The position numbers were made by a program, and so were the translations under genes. Positions 1 through 13,207 of a stretch of DNA of 64,000 nucleotides are shown piece by piece; positions within the stretch are counted from its first letter, which is position 1; each line of letters starts with the position of its first letter. The stretch lies in NCBI GenBank assembly GCA_951406725.2, contig OX597823.1, positions 53,134,001 to 53,198,000 on the forward strand, given 5' to 3'. The notes under the pieces are model-generated. The model was given only the letters and a program-made list of their open reading frames with translations, did no database searches and was not told the DNA's origin. Source of the DNA: Octopus vulgaris. Taxonomy: Eukaryota.

Positions 1-718
1 TTGTGTACATGTGTATACGTATATTTATTTTATGTGCGTGAGTACGTAGGTATAAAATAACAAATTCAACATAAACAACAGTATATATAATATGATATAT
101 AACGTATATTCGATCAAACATAATGCATATACAATAAAATACTACTTGATACATGTACCATAAAATACATAGCTAATAACACAAATCTTCCATCATAGTT
201 CTTAGATAAAATAAATCTTGTTCTCCTTACTGCTGTCATTGTTATTTTATTCAATTAATTTTAACGTCAAAACCAAAATATTTGTAATATTTTAGTCATA
301 ATGTGCAGACAAGCGTGACAGTATTAAAATCCATTTTGAAAATATTGGTACCACTGATATTTAACCATTTTGCTTTTCATTCACAAAATAAATTGGTGAG
401 AATATACCATATAATGGATATATTTACTTGATTTCTTTTTCCTTTGTGTTTTAATTTAATTAATGGTCCGAAATTCTGTTTAAAGAGAGGAGCATTAGCC
501 GGATATAGAGATTCTAATATATTCTGATAATTTTATAATCTTGTACTGGTTACATTCTTTGGATTTACTTCCACTTAAACAGAAATAAATAGCAGGTGTT
601 GTTCGACTCTTTTGCTTCAATAACGCCAATACATACACACCACTACTAACTCCTAATAAATGTGTTAAGGGCTTCTTTCTTTCGTTTGTCCACTCACTCA
701 TATATGTGTGTGTGTGTT

Positions 719-752
<34 letters not shown>

Positions 753-786
753 TGTGTGTGTATGTGTGTGTGTGTATGTGTGTACA

Positions 787-1100
787 TACAAAAATGGGAC
801 GAGAACGCAAAACATCCAGACACACGATACAAGGAAAACAAGGACGGATCATTCGGAGTTTTCTATCCTCAGTCGAGTTCCAGATTATCTTTGCAATTTC
901 GGTTGGTTATTCTCAAGATTGCTCCAATCTGGACAGCCCCAAGGAAAAAAAGCTAAGAGCATTACATTCCTTGGAAGAAAGCAGCGAATGTATACGATAT
1001 AAGGAAAAAAAACAGAAATGTTATACAAATACAAATAACATGACATAACAACAGGTGTCATTAAACTAAGGACGAATTAAATTAAGCTGGCGTGTATGAA
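787..1100 (-). mobile_element. Dispersed non-coding repeat, probably Penelope-like-derived (second copy at 28500-28806 in opposite orientation)
   Basis: Long similarity between 787-1050 (aaaatgggacgagaacgcaaaacatccagac...) and the reverse complement of 28500-28806; both abut microsatellites; degenerate CTGAGGA..CGAA motif. The family assignment is inference. Confidence 0.5.
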
Positions 1101-1157
1101 AGTGTGTGTGTAAGTATGTATGTATGTATATATATATATACATACATACATACATGC

Positions 1158-1207
<50 letters not shown>

Positions 1208-1777
1208 TTAAAATCCAGCAAGTCAGAAATCAAGTGAGAAAAAACAAATACTTTTTAGTTTAAATCCAATTATATATTATAGGCTTAAAGAGTGCAAGCA
1301 TACATAATGTAATAAGGCAAGAAAAATTTACTGAGAATTACTTCCGTAGTGGTGGGGGGGGGTGGCAATTATTAATTCAATTACTGATTCTTGTCAAAAT
1401 ACACAAGGGAGACAAACTTTCCTGAATCCAATAAAAAATTTTTTTAAATATGTACTCTGTATTTTGTGTTTTCTTTATTACTTATATAATATTTCATATT
1501 TGCTACGTTTACACTATTTATTTCGTTATCTTATTTCCATAAACTTTTTGAATGGTTCTTAAGCTTCAGTGTTTTGCTGTCGTTTAGACAAGCTCAACCA
1601 AGCTCTGACCCTTATGTCTATGCATATAAAGGATTACATTGCTGAAAGTAGTACTCTTTTCCTTAATTCAAAGACAAGAGTGTGATTTGAGAGCAATTTG
1701 GCTTATATTTTTAGCAGATTGATTGGCTGGGTATAAGATCTCTCGACTGTATTCATCTATATATATAAACGTATTTA

Positions 1778-2163
1778 GTGGAGGCGCAATGACCCAATGG
1801 TTAGGGCAGCGGACTCGCAGTCATAGGATCGCGGTTTCGATTCCCAGACCGGGCGTTGTGAGTGTTTATTGAGCGAAAACACCTAAAACTCCACGAGCCT
1901 CCGGCAGGGGATGGTGGTGATCCCTGCTGTACTCTTTCACCACAACTTTCTCTCACTCTTACTTCCTGTTTCTGTTCTACCTGTAATTCAAAGGGCCGGC
2001 CTTGTCACTCTCTGTGTCACGCTGAATATCCCCGAGAACTACGTTAAGAGTACACGTATCTGTGGAGTGCTCAGCCACTTACACGTTAATTTCACGAGCA
2101 GGCTGTTCCGTTGATTCGGATCAACCGGAACCCTCGTCGTCGTAACCGATGGAGTGCTTCTAC
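1778..2163 (+). mobile_element. tRNA-derived SINE, family C (full length, with TSD)
   Basis: tRNA-like head with A box (tgacccaatggttagg) and B box (ggtttcgattccc); 11-bp direct repeat aaacgtattta at 1767-1777 and 2164-2174; homologous copies at 27146-27510, 48685-49168 and 59292-59600. Confidence 0.9.
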
Positions 2164-2296
2164 AAACGTATTTATTAGTTATTGGAGATAATGTCCATCT
2201 TCGTATAATACTGACAGAGATATTTAGTATATGTGATTGTTACATAGATATTTAGTGCGATAATTATACAGTTTAGTGTAATAGCTACACATATAT

Positions 2297-2470
2297 ATTT
2301 TTTTTCCTCTGTCTTCCCTTCTCGGGATCTTTCCTTCTCCTTGTTTCCGACGAAGAGCTCCGCTCGAAACGTTGAACCCTCCTTCCATTCTTTCCTGAGC
2401 GTCAAATAATACTTTAATTGTTCCATGTCCTCGCGTTGCTGTGTTTTTTTCTGTGTTTTCTTGTTTGGAT

Positions 2471-2475
<5 letters not shown>
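2297..2475 (+). mobile_element. Short (TA)n-abutting element with hammerhead motif, family HH-A (Penelope-like/retrozyme-like)
   Basis: Same ~180-bp sequence at 7012-7117 (+, partial), 18502-18680 (-) and 26760-26965 (+); all copies end in ttggattaa(c/t) followed by (TA)n. Confidence 0.75.
2343..2377 (+). ncRNA. Minimal type-I hammerhead ribozyme motif (CCGACGA core variant)
   Basis: GTTT-CCGACGA-A-GAGC-TCC-GCTC-GAAAC-GT-T-GAAC: helix I, helix II, palindromic helix III ACGT. Confidence 0.6.
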
Positions 2476-2544
<69 letters not shown>

Positions 2545-2856
2545 GCGAGATAGATACGCAGCTGTTATTTAGTACAATACAAAATTTATATACTCAATAA
2601 GAAACACACAGATATATTATAATACGCGTTAGTTACATAGATAGTATGGTAGTTATATAGATATTCACAGCGATCCTTACAATTGCTTATGAATAGCCAT
2701 GTTTCTTCCTTTGTAAAATATGTGTAACGCTAATCAGAGTAAGTATCGGCTAACTCGAATGAATGGAACCTTTTTACCGACTTGAATGAATATCTCTGTA
2801 ACTGTATCAGTAATATTTATGTGACTATCATGCATAATATTTACCTATGTACTTAA

Positions 2857-3285
2857 GACGGCGAGCTATCAGAAACGTTAGCACGCCGGGCAAAATGCTT
2901 AGCGGTATTTCGTGTCTTTACGTTCTGAGTTCAAATTCCGCCGAGGTCGACTGCGCCTTTCATTCTTTTTAGGGGTCGATAAATCAAGTACCAGTTGCGT
3001 ACTGGGGTCGATCTAATCGACTGGCACCCCTCTCCCCAAATTTCTGGCCTTGTACCTAGATTAGAAAAGAATATCATCTATGTAGCTAAAGGCGGTGAAC
3101 CGGCAGAATCGTTAGCACGCCGGGGTAATGCCTAGCGGCATTTCTTCTGCCTTTACGTTTTGAGTTGAGATTCCCCTAGAATTGTCTTTGCTTTTTGTTC
3201 TTTCGGAATCGATAAAAAAAAGTACCAGTTGAACACTAACGCCGATGTAATCGACTTATCTCATCTCCCCAAAATTTGAAACCAG
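2857..3285 (+). mobile_element. Two head-to-tail SINE family A copies (2857-3071 and older 3090-3285)
   Basis: ggcg(a/t)gctggcagaa..gttagcacgccggg head, gagttcaaattcc B box, gcctttcatcctttcggggtcgataaa central domain. Confidence 0.9.
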
Positions 3286-3351
3286 TATTATCTATGTAGC
3301 TATCACGCTAAATAATTATATAGCCATCACAATAATATATATACATATTCT

Positions 3352-3522
3352 TATTTTTTTACTTGTTTCAGTCATTTGACTACATGCTTGAGTACTGCCT
3401 TTAGACGAACAAATCGCCCCCTGGACGTATTCTTTGTAAACCTAGTACTTATTCTATCGGTCTCTTTTGCCGAACCGCTAGATTGTGGAGACGTAAACAC
3501 ACCAACATCGGTGGGGGTACAA

Positions 3523-3575
<53 letters not shown>

Positions 3576-3731
3576 ACGACGAGCTTCTTTCAGTTTCCCT
3601 CTACCAAATCCACTCACAAGGCTTTGGTCGGCCCGAGGCTTTAGTAGAAGACATTTGCCCAAGGTGCCACGCAGTGGGACTGAACCCGGAATCATATGGT
3701 TGGGAAGCAAGCTTCTTTCCACACAGCCACT
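3352..3731 (-). mobile_element. SINE family B (tRNA head, CORE-like segment, internal microsatellite)
   Basis: Reverse complement reads gtggctgtgtg..gggttcagtcccactgcgtggcaccttgggcaa...tail gactgaaacaagtaaaa; many copies in the window. Confidence 0.9.
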
Positions 3732-3954
3732 CATCACACTAAATAAAATCTATGTAGCAATCACAATTAATATCTATGCATTTATCACACTAACATCTGT
3801 TTATCCATCACACAAAATAAATGATATCTATCTATATCAAACTAAATATATATGCAACTATCACATTTAATAATATCTATGTACGCATTAAATTAAACAA
3901 TATCTATGTATCTATAACACTAAATAATATCTGTGTAACTAAATAATATCTACG

Positions 3955-4111
3955 TATTCTGTTATGTCTGGGGAGAGTCATTTTCTTTTTGTACCGGTGA
4001 GTGTGTTACATTATAAGGCACAAAAAGAAAATGACTCTCCCCAGACACAACGGAATATGCTTCAACTCACGAACACTTATAAAGGATCTTGCAAACCAAA
4101 TCCAAAAACGA
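3955..4111. repeat. Hairpin-containing insertion (38-bp inverted arms) flanked by a 13-bp direct repeat
   Basis: tattctgttatgtctggggagagtcattttctttttgt pairs with acaaaaagaaaatgactctccccagacacaacggaata; aatatctacgtat at 3945-3957 and 4112-4124. Confidence 0.7.
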
Positions 4112-4567
4112 AATATCTACGTATCTGTCACTGTAAATAGCTACTCGCAGCACCCGTAGAAATTCCATAATCCTTTTTTTGTGTTACAGTGTCACCAACT
4201 CCCCTGTTAGGAATTGTAACCGCTCATTTCCTTCATAATATTTTAATGAGTTTCTTGTTTACTTAAAAATACTGCAGAAACTTAGGAAATAAATATATTG
4301 TTTTATAATAATTGAAATAAGGCTTGAACTGCAATAATTAAATAGCCTTTATTGGCAAGAAAGACGATTCTAGCGGATATTTTATTTTTGATATTTCTCT
4401 CTTTTTATTATACAGTGCTAGTCAAAATAGATAAATGTACGTACGCGGGCACTCATAATAGCAAACGCACAACTACACATTCAAGGAACTTTTGGTTATT
4501 ATATTAGTTGTGGTGTAGACAACAGTGGTCGTAGAAGAGGAGGTGATACATTGGTGATGATAATATA

Positions 4568-5003
4568 TATTTCTTTACTACTCACAAGGGGCCAAACAAG
4601 GACAGATAAACGGATTAAGCCGATTATATAGGATCTCAGTGCGTAATTGGTACTTAATTTATCGACCTCGAAAGGATGAAAGGCAAAGTCGACCTCGGCG
4701 GAATTGGAACTCAGAACGTAACAGCAGACGAAATACGGCTACGCATTTCGCCCGGCGTGCTAACGTTTCTTATTTCTTTACTGCCCACAAGGGGCTACAC
4801 ACACAGAGAGGACAAACAAGGACAGACAAACATAATAAGTCGATTACATCGACCCCAGTGCGTAATTGGTACTTAATTTATCGACCCCGAAAGGATGAAA
4901 GGCAAAGTCGACCTCGGCGGAATTTGAACTCAGAACGTAACGGCAAACGAAATACGGCTACGCATTTCGCCCGGCGTGCTAATGTTTCTGCCAGCTCGCC
5001 GCC
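4568..5003 (-). mobile_element. SINE family A dimer with linker
   Basis: Two body units joined by the ccccttgtgggc/tagtaaagaaata linker; flanking direct repeat attggtgat(g/a)ataat at ~4550 and ~5006. Confidence 0.9.
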
Positions 5004-6099
5004 TTATTGGTGATAATAATGAATGGAGAATGAATCAGTGAGGAAGTGGAAAAGTGAGAAAGAGAAAGACAGAATTCCTAGAAGTGAGAGACTTTGCAAT
5101 GTCACTGCGTCTTTATCTCATTCTCTTATTCTCTCTCCCTCACTACCTATCTCTCCGCCGCCGCCACCTCCGCTATCACGTCTACCATAACAACAAGCAG
5201 TTTTCTTTTTCGAACTGTTGACTTATTATTGAGTGTGACATTTGCAGAGATCTTATTTAGCATGATAGATACATGAATATTATTTAGCGTGATAGCTATA
5301 TAAATATTAAGTATGATAGTTATATCGATACTATTAAGTGTGATAGCTACATATATTTTATTCAGTGTGATAGTTACATAGGTATTATTTAGTGTAATAG
5401 TTATATAGATATCACTTAGTGATAGCTATATAGATATTATTTAGTGTTATAGTTACATGGATATTACTGCTACAGTTACATATATACATATTTCCTCTGA
5501 CTCTTCATGTAGACAATAAGTATCGGTTCCATTCATTCCATATAGCGTGCAGTTACTCTGCCCCTCAGTGATACTTTTCCAAACAGTCAAGCTTCTACGA
5601 TGTATGAGTAGATTTTGCTAAGGCATTTGAGTGTATCTTATAAAGCACAATAAACAGCAATACGTCGAAATCATTGATTAAAACCTTAAAACCTAATCTT
5701 GTTACTCAGAGCAGTCAAAAGAAATTAAATATACATTTTTTCAAACGAGAATCACGTTCTCTGTATACGAAACTGGTACGTTCTTTAATTCATTAGGGTT
5801 TTTGTGAAATTGTATTTGACATTGACGGCTATCGGCTGAAATATATTCGTATATCTATATTTCAAAGAGCGTGAATCTATGAGAATGAAAATGCTAATTC
5901 ATAACACGTTTTTGTTATTAGACTTCTACAAATCTGACATTAGATATCATAATGTATCACTTTCAAATGGAAAAGCGCGGTTTAAAATGCAAATATAATT
6001 CAGGAAGAAAATTGTTTTGTCCTGAATACGATTTGATTGTTATCGAAGTGTTTGTCCGGTTTCGCGTGGCATTTTTGCCTAAACTACATGAGCTTAATG

Positions 6100-6730
6100 A
6101 AAGAACTTGTTTGAGGTCGTTCACATTGCTAGAAATAGTAATAAAAACTCTTTTAAATTTTACCCTCCTTTACATCCTTGAAAAAGGATGTATACACTAA
6201 ATAAAGCAGTAACGTCTGAATAAAAGATATAATGATCGAGGCTGTATTGCGTTTGACCACAGGCTTCCTGATATTAAGGTTGGACTAAATCTAAACACCC
6301 ACTTAAAGTGCATAAGATAAGGAAGGGGTCTCAACATAGTCGTTGGAAATCTCGAGAACTAACAACCAAACCTCTCTTAAAATCTGAAGAAGGAACGGAG
6401 GTTGAGTCCTATAATTGTAGATGCAATTTCTGAATAAAAGATAGGATGGTCACGGTTGGAATGCTTTTAATCAAAGATGTGCTCTATTTGGAATTATATA
6501 AGTGTAAACAACAACAGCTTTAATAGCAAGATAACAAAGAAACTTTACGTAGCCTCTTAGCCTGCTTGAAATAACAGTCAAATCAGCCCCACAACCCAAC
6601 ATCCCTGTCTTACAGAACGTAAGGCTCCTTAGATAGTTTTTTATCTGTTAGTCTGAAGGGAAGACAGTATCCACGACCCTCCAAGACTGATGGGAGAGAA
6701 AGAGATAGGCATCCTCGACTGGAATCTGCA
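6100..6730 (+). mobile_element. Old, highly diverged SINE-like repeat fragments (family D)
   Basis: Recurring motifs ctagaaatagcagccaaat and ggatggtcacggttggaatgc; similar fragments near 1570-1720 (-), 35850-36030, 39800-39900, 40455-40600 and 42060-42260. Confidence 0.55.
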
Positions 6731-6915
6731 ACAGAGTGAACTCCGCAACCACTGTGCTAAATAGTGATGTTAAATGTAGAGATAGATTGCCTGCCACCCA
6801 GTGTACTCCTAGGTACACTACTCAAGTTGGTGACCAGTTGGAATGCCTTCTTATCTGGTAGGAGCGGACTCGCGTTAAGGAGTAATGACGTACTAGACTA
6901 CTATAAGTATATATG

Positions 6916-6988
<73 letters not shown>

Positions 6989-7121
6989 ATATATATATGT
7001 ATGTATATATACGCTCGAAACGTTAAACCCTCATTCTTCCCTTCTTTCCTGAGCGTCCAATAATACTATATTTGTACCACGTCCTCGCGTTGTTGTGTTT
7101 TCTTGTTTGGATTAACTATAT

Positions 7122-7161
<40 letters not shown>

Positions 7162-7269
7162 ACATATATGTGTATATATATATATATGTGTGTATATATA
7201 TATATGTGTATATATATGTTTATATATATTTATGTATACATATATATGTATAGACATATGTATATATAA

Positions 7270-7316
<47 letters not shown>

Positions 7317-9659
7317 AAAGTAAGATAGGGGTTATGAGTTTAACCCACTATGGTTTAGCATTTATACAATATATTGTTGGTACAGTACCCAGATTCATAA
7401 TACATAAATGTTTTTAATTGCAATGCAATTAACTCATTTATGGTATCAAACGGGTGAAGGTAAAGAAATATTACCGTAAATTCATAATACAAATATGAAA
7501 ATGGAGAAACAAATTTAGTTTGTTCATCAACTTTCGGATATAAGATAAGAAATACAAATTATAAAAGTCATAATATAAATTAATATAATTATATATATAC
7601 AGATATCATTTAATGTAAACAGTATAAATGTAATTAAATGATATTTATCTTTCATTTTTTTGTTGATCTTACCTTAACGGAACCGCAAACCACACACACA
7701 CGTATATAAGAAAGTGTCAACCACAGATGGATTCGATCACCAAGTCACTCGAATCGAAAATAAATATTCTAAGTTGTTTTCTCTTCTAACAACTGTAATC
7801 GCCTGCTATCTTGAAAAGAAGTTATTGATCTCTAATATGAGCACAAAGTCAATCTAGCAAGAAACACGAATATTTCTAATTATATATTACATCATAACAT
7901 TTGTTATTAATCACAACTTAAGGTTTATTAGACCGAAAACATTGCCTTTGGAAATTAAAAAAGAAATGCTGTTTCTCATGGAACAGAGATACATTAGCGT
8001 TAAGACAGTGTGTCAACAGAGTGACAGTGTAACGTTACAATTTTTAAAATGGGGGAATTTTTATACAGAAAAAATTTGAGAGTCGAGGAGGAAATTGGAA
8101 TACTCCAGAGCGACAGTTTTTTTAATTTTTTAGGTTGAAATCACGTATTTCAAATGAATTTATTTTCCTTAATGCTTATGAGTACGCCGATGTTGACTTA
8201 ATGTAAGGCTGTTAGAATCGTTATCACATTGGATAATATGCTTAGCAGTGCCACATCTACACGTGCTTGAAAAATCTAAGTCGTCTGGATCAGGACAGTT
8301 AAACAATAAAACCGTCTGGCACCTAATTAAAATTTTGAACTTTTGTATTAAGAAAAAAACACAATGAGAATTTATTTATTTCTCTCGAGTGTAAAATAAC
8401 CATCGCATAAGATAATCGTTAGTAAAGATCCAAGTTGAATCATTAGTAAGGATCCAATTTTCTAGTAGTAATTGTTTTGGGCTTTCATATGAGCCTAAAA
8501 CAATTGATAAAGGCATGAACGTCATATAATCTCACTGTTCCCCCACCATTTCATCGCTTCCGAGAGTTTGTGTGCTCAATTAAGAAATCAATAACGTTAA
8601 GAAAAGAAAATCTCATTGAATTACATCGAATGACAAAGCACTTCACTGATAAGTTAGAGTTTGACATTTACACAACTGCCCTACATACGTATCACTGCTT
8701 GTTATAAACAATAGCCATTGAGTGAACTGCTCCACTGAAAGGAGGAAGAGAGAATAAGAAGAGAACGGAATAGACTAGATAACCAGATATGCGGGCGATA
8801 AGGATGTTGCACTCCCTGAGGGTAACACGTAGGGCTCCTTATATAGTAGTAGCAAGAAAAGTGTAATTTCACCGATCGGTGTGCTGTCAACTCGTGAGAT
8901 ATAACTGAAGTGTTGGAGTACATTCTACAGACACAATGACTAAGAACTTAGGTCTTTACGTCTATTGTCGTCTACGGCTAGTTCTATTTTTCAACTAATG
9001 AAGATGTTCTCTCACAGCAGCGAAATCTATTACAAACTAGCTTCTCCTGTCATGCATCTTAATGTTTAACTCAGAGATAATCAGTTTAAAGTGACAATAT
9101 CTCATTCTGGAAATGATGCTGCTTTCTCTACTATAAACTCTATCTTCTGGCAAAAAGAAGAAAAATAGAAAGCTATTATTATCACAAACCATGCACAAGG
9201 AATAAATATATTGATAGCGAACAACTAACCATCTCTCGGGTCGGAATTGTTTTGATTACTCAAAAGTTTTAGCCGTAAAACCTATTCCACTACTCAACAG
9301 TTATCTCATATCAAACAATGATATAGTGAAGGATATTTATAAGATTACGAATAACTCGTGAGAATTTCCTTGGTGAGAGGTGTAAGGCATTGCAGTCGGA
9401 AGAAAAGGTGGGACTGGTTTTATCTTAATAGCTTGGGATCGAACCTAAGTGCTTTGCTTTATCTTCATTGTGGCCATAATACATTAAATTTCTGTGTTCA
9501 AATCTATTCTACTTCAGTAAATTAGCTGGTTAAGTTTGAGATAACTAGACATAGAGACATTTATATACACATGATGTTTATAAAGAAATAAGTGACGGAT
9601 AAATTTCATTTTAAAATCATGATAGCTTTGTGCTAATATGTGAAACTTTCGAACATATG

Positions 9660-10229
9660 TTTTAAAAAGCAAAACACCTAAGGTCGCGGTGTACGAACAC
9701 TTCGTATGACAGCGAATTGTAGGCAGTACACTTTTCACAATAATACAACATTCAAGTATTTCACATGAGATATCTCCACAGAATCCTTGGCATCCACAGT
9801 AGTGAGGTACATGCCAAATGTGGACACTCCACCATGTTCAGTTTCCAGCGAGATTGACAACGTAGATGATTGGAACTTGTATTAACGATGGTCAAGAACC
9901 ACAGTGGTAAACTGTCATCCGAGTAGAGGCAAAGTTCACCCGCAGCTGAAATATAAGGAAGCTTGCGTGTGTAATATGGAAGTAACTAGCATCAGCCTTC
10001 ATTACTGAGTAGTCAACGAAGACAAAATTCTAGAAAAAACAGCAAAAACTTGGATGGATAAGACTGGCAGGTAAAAGTCACGTATTTACAACGAAAATTC
10101 ACAAACGATGCCCGTAATATCCATACAAAAATCACCAGTGTTTTTATTCTACGCTGGAAACTGTATTTGGAAACTGAGCACTTGAATTTATAGCCCTTCA
10201 TCATTCGCATCAACAGGCGCTCTCGGGAA

Positions 10230-10230
<1 letters not shown>
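9660..10230 (+). mobile_element. Highly decayed RTE-clade LINE 3' fragment
   Basis: Residual motifs across frames: KVAVY, YDSE (LLYGSE), LHRILGI, HPQLKYKEAC (RPxLRYKDVC), typical of the RTE ORF C-terminus. Confidence 0.55.
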
Positions 10231-10265
<35 letters not shown>

Positions 10266-10269
10266 CATA

Positions 10270-10480
10270 TGCGGTGAGCTGGCAGAACTGTTCGCACGCC
10301 GGGCAAAATGCTTAACTGTATTTCTTCCGTCTTTATGTTCTGAGTTCAAATTCAGCCGAGACCGACTTTGCCTCTCATCCCTCCGATGTCGATAAACTAA
10401 GGAACAGTTGGGCACTGGTGTCGATGCAATCGACTTACACCCTTCCCCTAATTGCTGGCCTTGTGCCCAAATTTAAAACT
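10270..10480 (+). mobile_element. SINE family A
   Basis: gcggtgagctggcagaa head, gagttcaaattc B box, ggccttgtgcccaaaattt tail. Confidence 0.85.
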
Positions 10481-10529
10481 AATATTTTTTACATAGTATT
10501 GATATATGGAGTAGATGCATATCCTCTTC

Positions 10530-10900
10530 TTCATCTGTCCATTGTAGGTCAACGTTGACTGTTCCTGTTCAGCAATCATCTCCGGCAGGCTCGACTGTGG
10601 GCCACCGGGCTTGCTCTTGATCTGCAGCAACGATGTCATCCGCTGCAAGTGAGGCTACTTGAAGCACAGGAGAAGTGACGCTTCTCATGTGCTCTTTCGA
10701 TATTGTCTTTGTTGTTTCTCCTCAATGGCTGGAATTATGCGCTTCAGCGATCGTTGCCATTCATCTCGCTACAGGAAATTCTCCTCGCAAGTGTCTGGGG
10801 AGATGTTGGAGTTCTTCATATGTCTCTTCAGCAAATCCTTGTATCACAACCTCTGGCCACAACGGATCTGCTTGTCCTAACGCAATTCAGCATAGAAAAT
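10530..10900 (-). mobile_element. RTE-clade LINE 3' end with C-terminal zinc-finger remnant (pseudogenised)
   Basis: Minus strand reads IFYAELR*DKQIRCGQRL*YKDLLKRHMK...RDEWQRSL...EEKQ, then after a frameshift TCSG*HRCCRSRASPVAHSRACRR*, matching the RTE C-terminal pattern. Confidence 0.8.
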
Positions 10901-11427
10901 GTAAAATATATATGGTAAATATCTACACACAATATTTATATAAGATCAATCGACAGATAGAAATTTAAGAGAATTGGGTTTGTCAATATCATTGTATAAA
11001 AATGAACTTTCTCACTTACTTTGTGTTATCGATCCTGATAGGATGACATCTTAAGCTAACCTCAAAGGCGCTCTCCATAATTTGGGAAACTGAAACACAA
11101 AACGTAATGAATTAGAGCAAATACCACAAGGCATATTTCCGAAAGTTTAACAACAGAATTTAGGAAAAGTATAGTGGAATAAATATAGTAAGAAAAAAAA
11201 AACTTGCAGGCCTATTAAAACTCACAGAAACTAATTTTTAATAGCTGCAAGGGATATTGTTGTTTCGGAGATGCTATGAAAATTTCGACATATCTTGAAA
11301 TAAACGGTAAGTGAATATAATAGGGTTATGCGTGTGCTGTTATGTGGCCGGAATAGTTCTTTCACAATTTTACTGCTTATGTTTAAACACATGGTTTCAG
11401 AGTAGGTCAGGTCATTTGGCAAAACAA

Positions 11428-11800
11428 GCGTGGCTGTGTGGTAAGAAGTTTGCTTCCTCACCAGGTTTTTGGGTTCAGTTCCACTGTATGGCACCTAGGG
11501 AAAGTGTCTTCTACCATTGCCTCGAACCCACCAAAGCCTTGTGAGTAGATTTGGAAGAGGAAAACTGAAAGAAGCCCATCGTATATATATATGTGTGTCC
11601 ACCACAACCGCTTAACAACCGGTGTTCGTGTATTTACGTCCCAGTAACTTGGCGATCCGGGGAAAAAAGACGGATAAAATAAGTACCAGGCTTTAGAAAA
11701 TTTTTTTTAATGAAATAAGTACTTAGGTTAATCCGTTCGACTAAAATTCTTCAAGGTGGTGCCACAGCATGGCCGCAGTATATTGACTGAAACAAGTAAA
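11428..11800 (+). mobile_element. SINE family B
   Basis: gcgtggctgtgtggtaagaagtttgc head; gactgaaacaagtaaaa tail. Confidence 0.85.
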
Positions 11801-11819
11801 AAGTTTTCAAAAATGTTTA

Positions 11820-12570
11820 CCCTTGTGGGTAATAAAGAAATAGGTATGTTGTCTGCCGCTACGTTCTGAGTTCAAATTCCGCCGAGGTCGACTTTGCCTT
11901 TCATCCTTTCGGGGTCGATTAAATAAGTACCAGTTACCCACTGGGGTCGATATAATCGATATAATCCATTTTTGTCGGTCCTTGTTTGTCCTCTCTGTGT
12001 TTAGCCCCTTGTGAGTAGTAAAGAAATAGGTATTTCGTCTGTCTTATGTTCTGAGTTCAAATTCCACCGAGGTCGGCTTTACCTTTCATCCTTTCGGAGT
12101 CGGAGTCGATAAATTAAGTATCAGTTGCGTACTGGGTCGATATAATCGACTGGAGCCCTCCCCCAAAATTTCGGACCTTGTGCCTAGAGTAGGAAAAGTA
12201 TTTCGTTTATTTTTACGTCCTGAGTTCAAATTCCGTCGATATCGACTTTGCCTTACATCCTTTCGGGGTCGATAAAATAAGTGCCATTTGAGCCATGGGG
12301 ACGATGTAATAGACTTACCCCGTCCCCTGAAACTGCTGCTCTTATACCAAAATCTGAAACCAATACGCAGTGGGCTGGCAGAATATCGTTAGCATGCTGG
12401 GCGAAATGCTTAGTTAAGATTCTTGAGTTCAAATTCCGCTGAGGTCGACTTTGTCATTCATCCTTTTGGGGTTGATAAAAGAAGCAGCAGTTGAGCACAC
12501 GAGTCGGTGCAATCAACTTACACCCTACCCCACGAAATTGGTGTCTTTGTGCCAAAATTTGAAGCCAGTA
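11820..12570 (+). mobile_element. Cluster of ~4 SINE family A units (includes a linker-joined multimer)
   Basis: Repeated gagttcaaattcc / gtcgactttgcctttcatcc at ~11868, 12053, 12222 and 12425. Confidence 0.9.
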
Positions 12571-13207
12571 TTTTCAACAGCTAATATACAAACAACCATT
12601 CTCCTTTTTTGAATAGAAAACGGTTTTAAGTAACTATTCTTTGAGAAACGTTACTGAACTTCACAAACATGTAATGCGAAATTTTGATAAGAATAAGATT
12701 TTTATCTCTTAACGAATACGTAACAGCATATGATTGTAGTTTTATCCAAGCCAGACAAGCTTATGCAGATGGGAATTATTCCCATTTATACAGCGTCACT
12801 TGTATGAGAGGCATGTTTCTCCTGAGATTCGTTGTTATTGAATCGAGAAATTGTTACTGTAGTTTCGGAACTCCTTAAACGAAACTACTAAATTGTTATA
12901 CAAAGGAAAGACAATTTGACATTTTGCTCTTCGATCGATTCCATTATTAAATCGACAAGTAACTTGTTTTATCGATCATGAAGAAATGAAAGGTTAAAAT
13001 CTAACCAACCGTTATTTGAACCATAAATATGTTGCTCTCGGAATTGTTAACAACTAGCATCAATTCTAAGGCTCTTATGTCTGTGCCAAATCAACTGTAT
13101 AATAAATATAGGGCTCTCCAAATAAAGGCTGAAAGGTAAACGATTTCAGTTTTCATGACCGTAATATGAGCTACTTTCCTAAGAAGGGTTTATGATAACA
13201 TAAAATA

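Larger units (their letters stand above)
2170..5490. repeat. Degenerate ~27-28-bp minisatellite (TATTTAGTGTGATAGCTACATAGATAT-like), interrupted by SINEs and present in both orientations
   Basis: Units visible at ~2170-2295, 2545-2670 and 5240-5490 in one orientation, and at ~2790-2850, 3070-3090, 3285-3340 and 3735-4145 as the reverse complement. Confidence 0.75.

Noticed and set aside
1781-1855. Possible tRNA gene
   Set aside because: It continues into a SINE body with TSDs; it is a tRNA-derived head, not a functional tRNA
4639-5013. Recurrent peptide RNWYLIYRPRKDERQSRPRRNLNSER in several ORFs
   Set aside because: Antisense translation of SINE family A
8700-8922. Possible solo LTR on the minus strand (TGT..ACA, TATATAAG)
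   Set aside because: No TSD and no supporting copy
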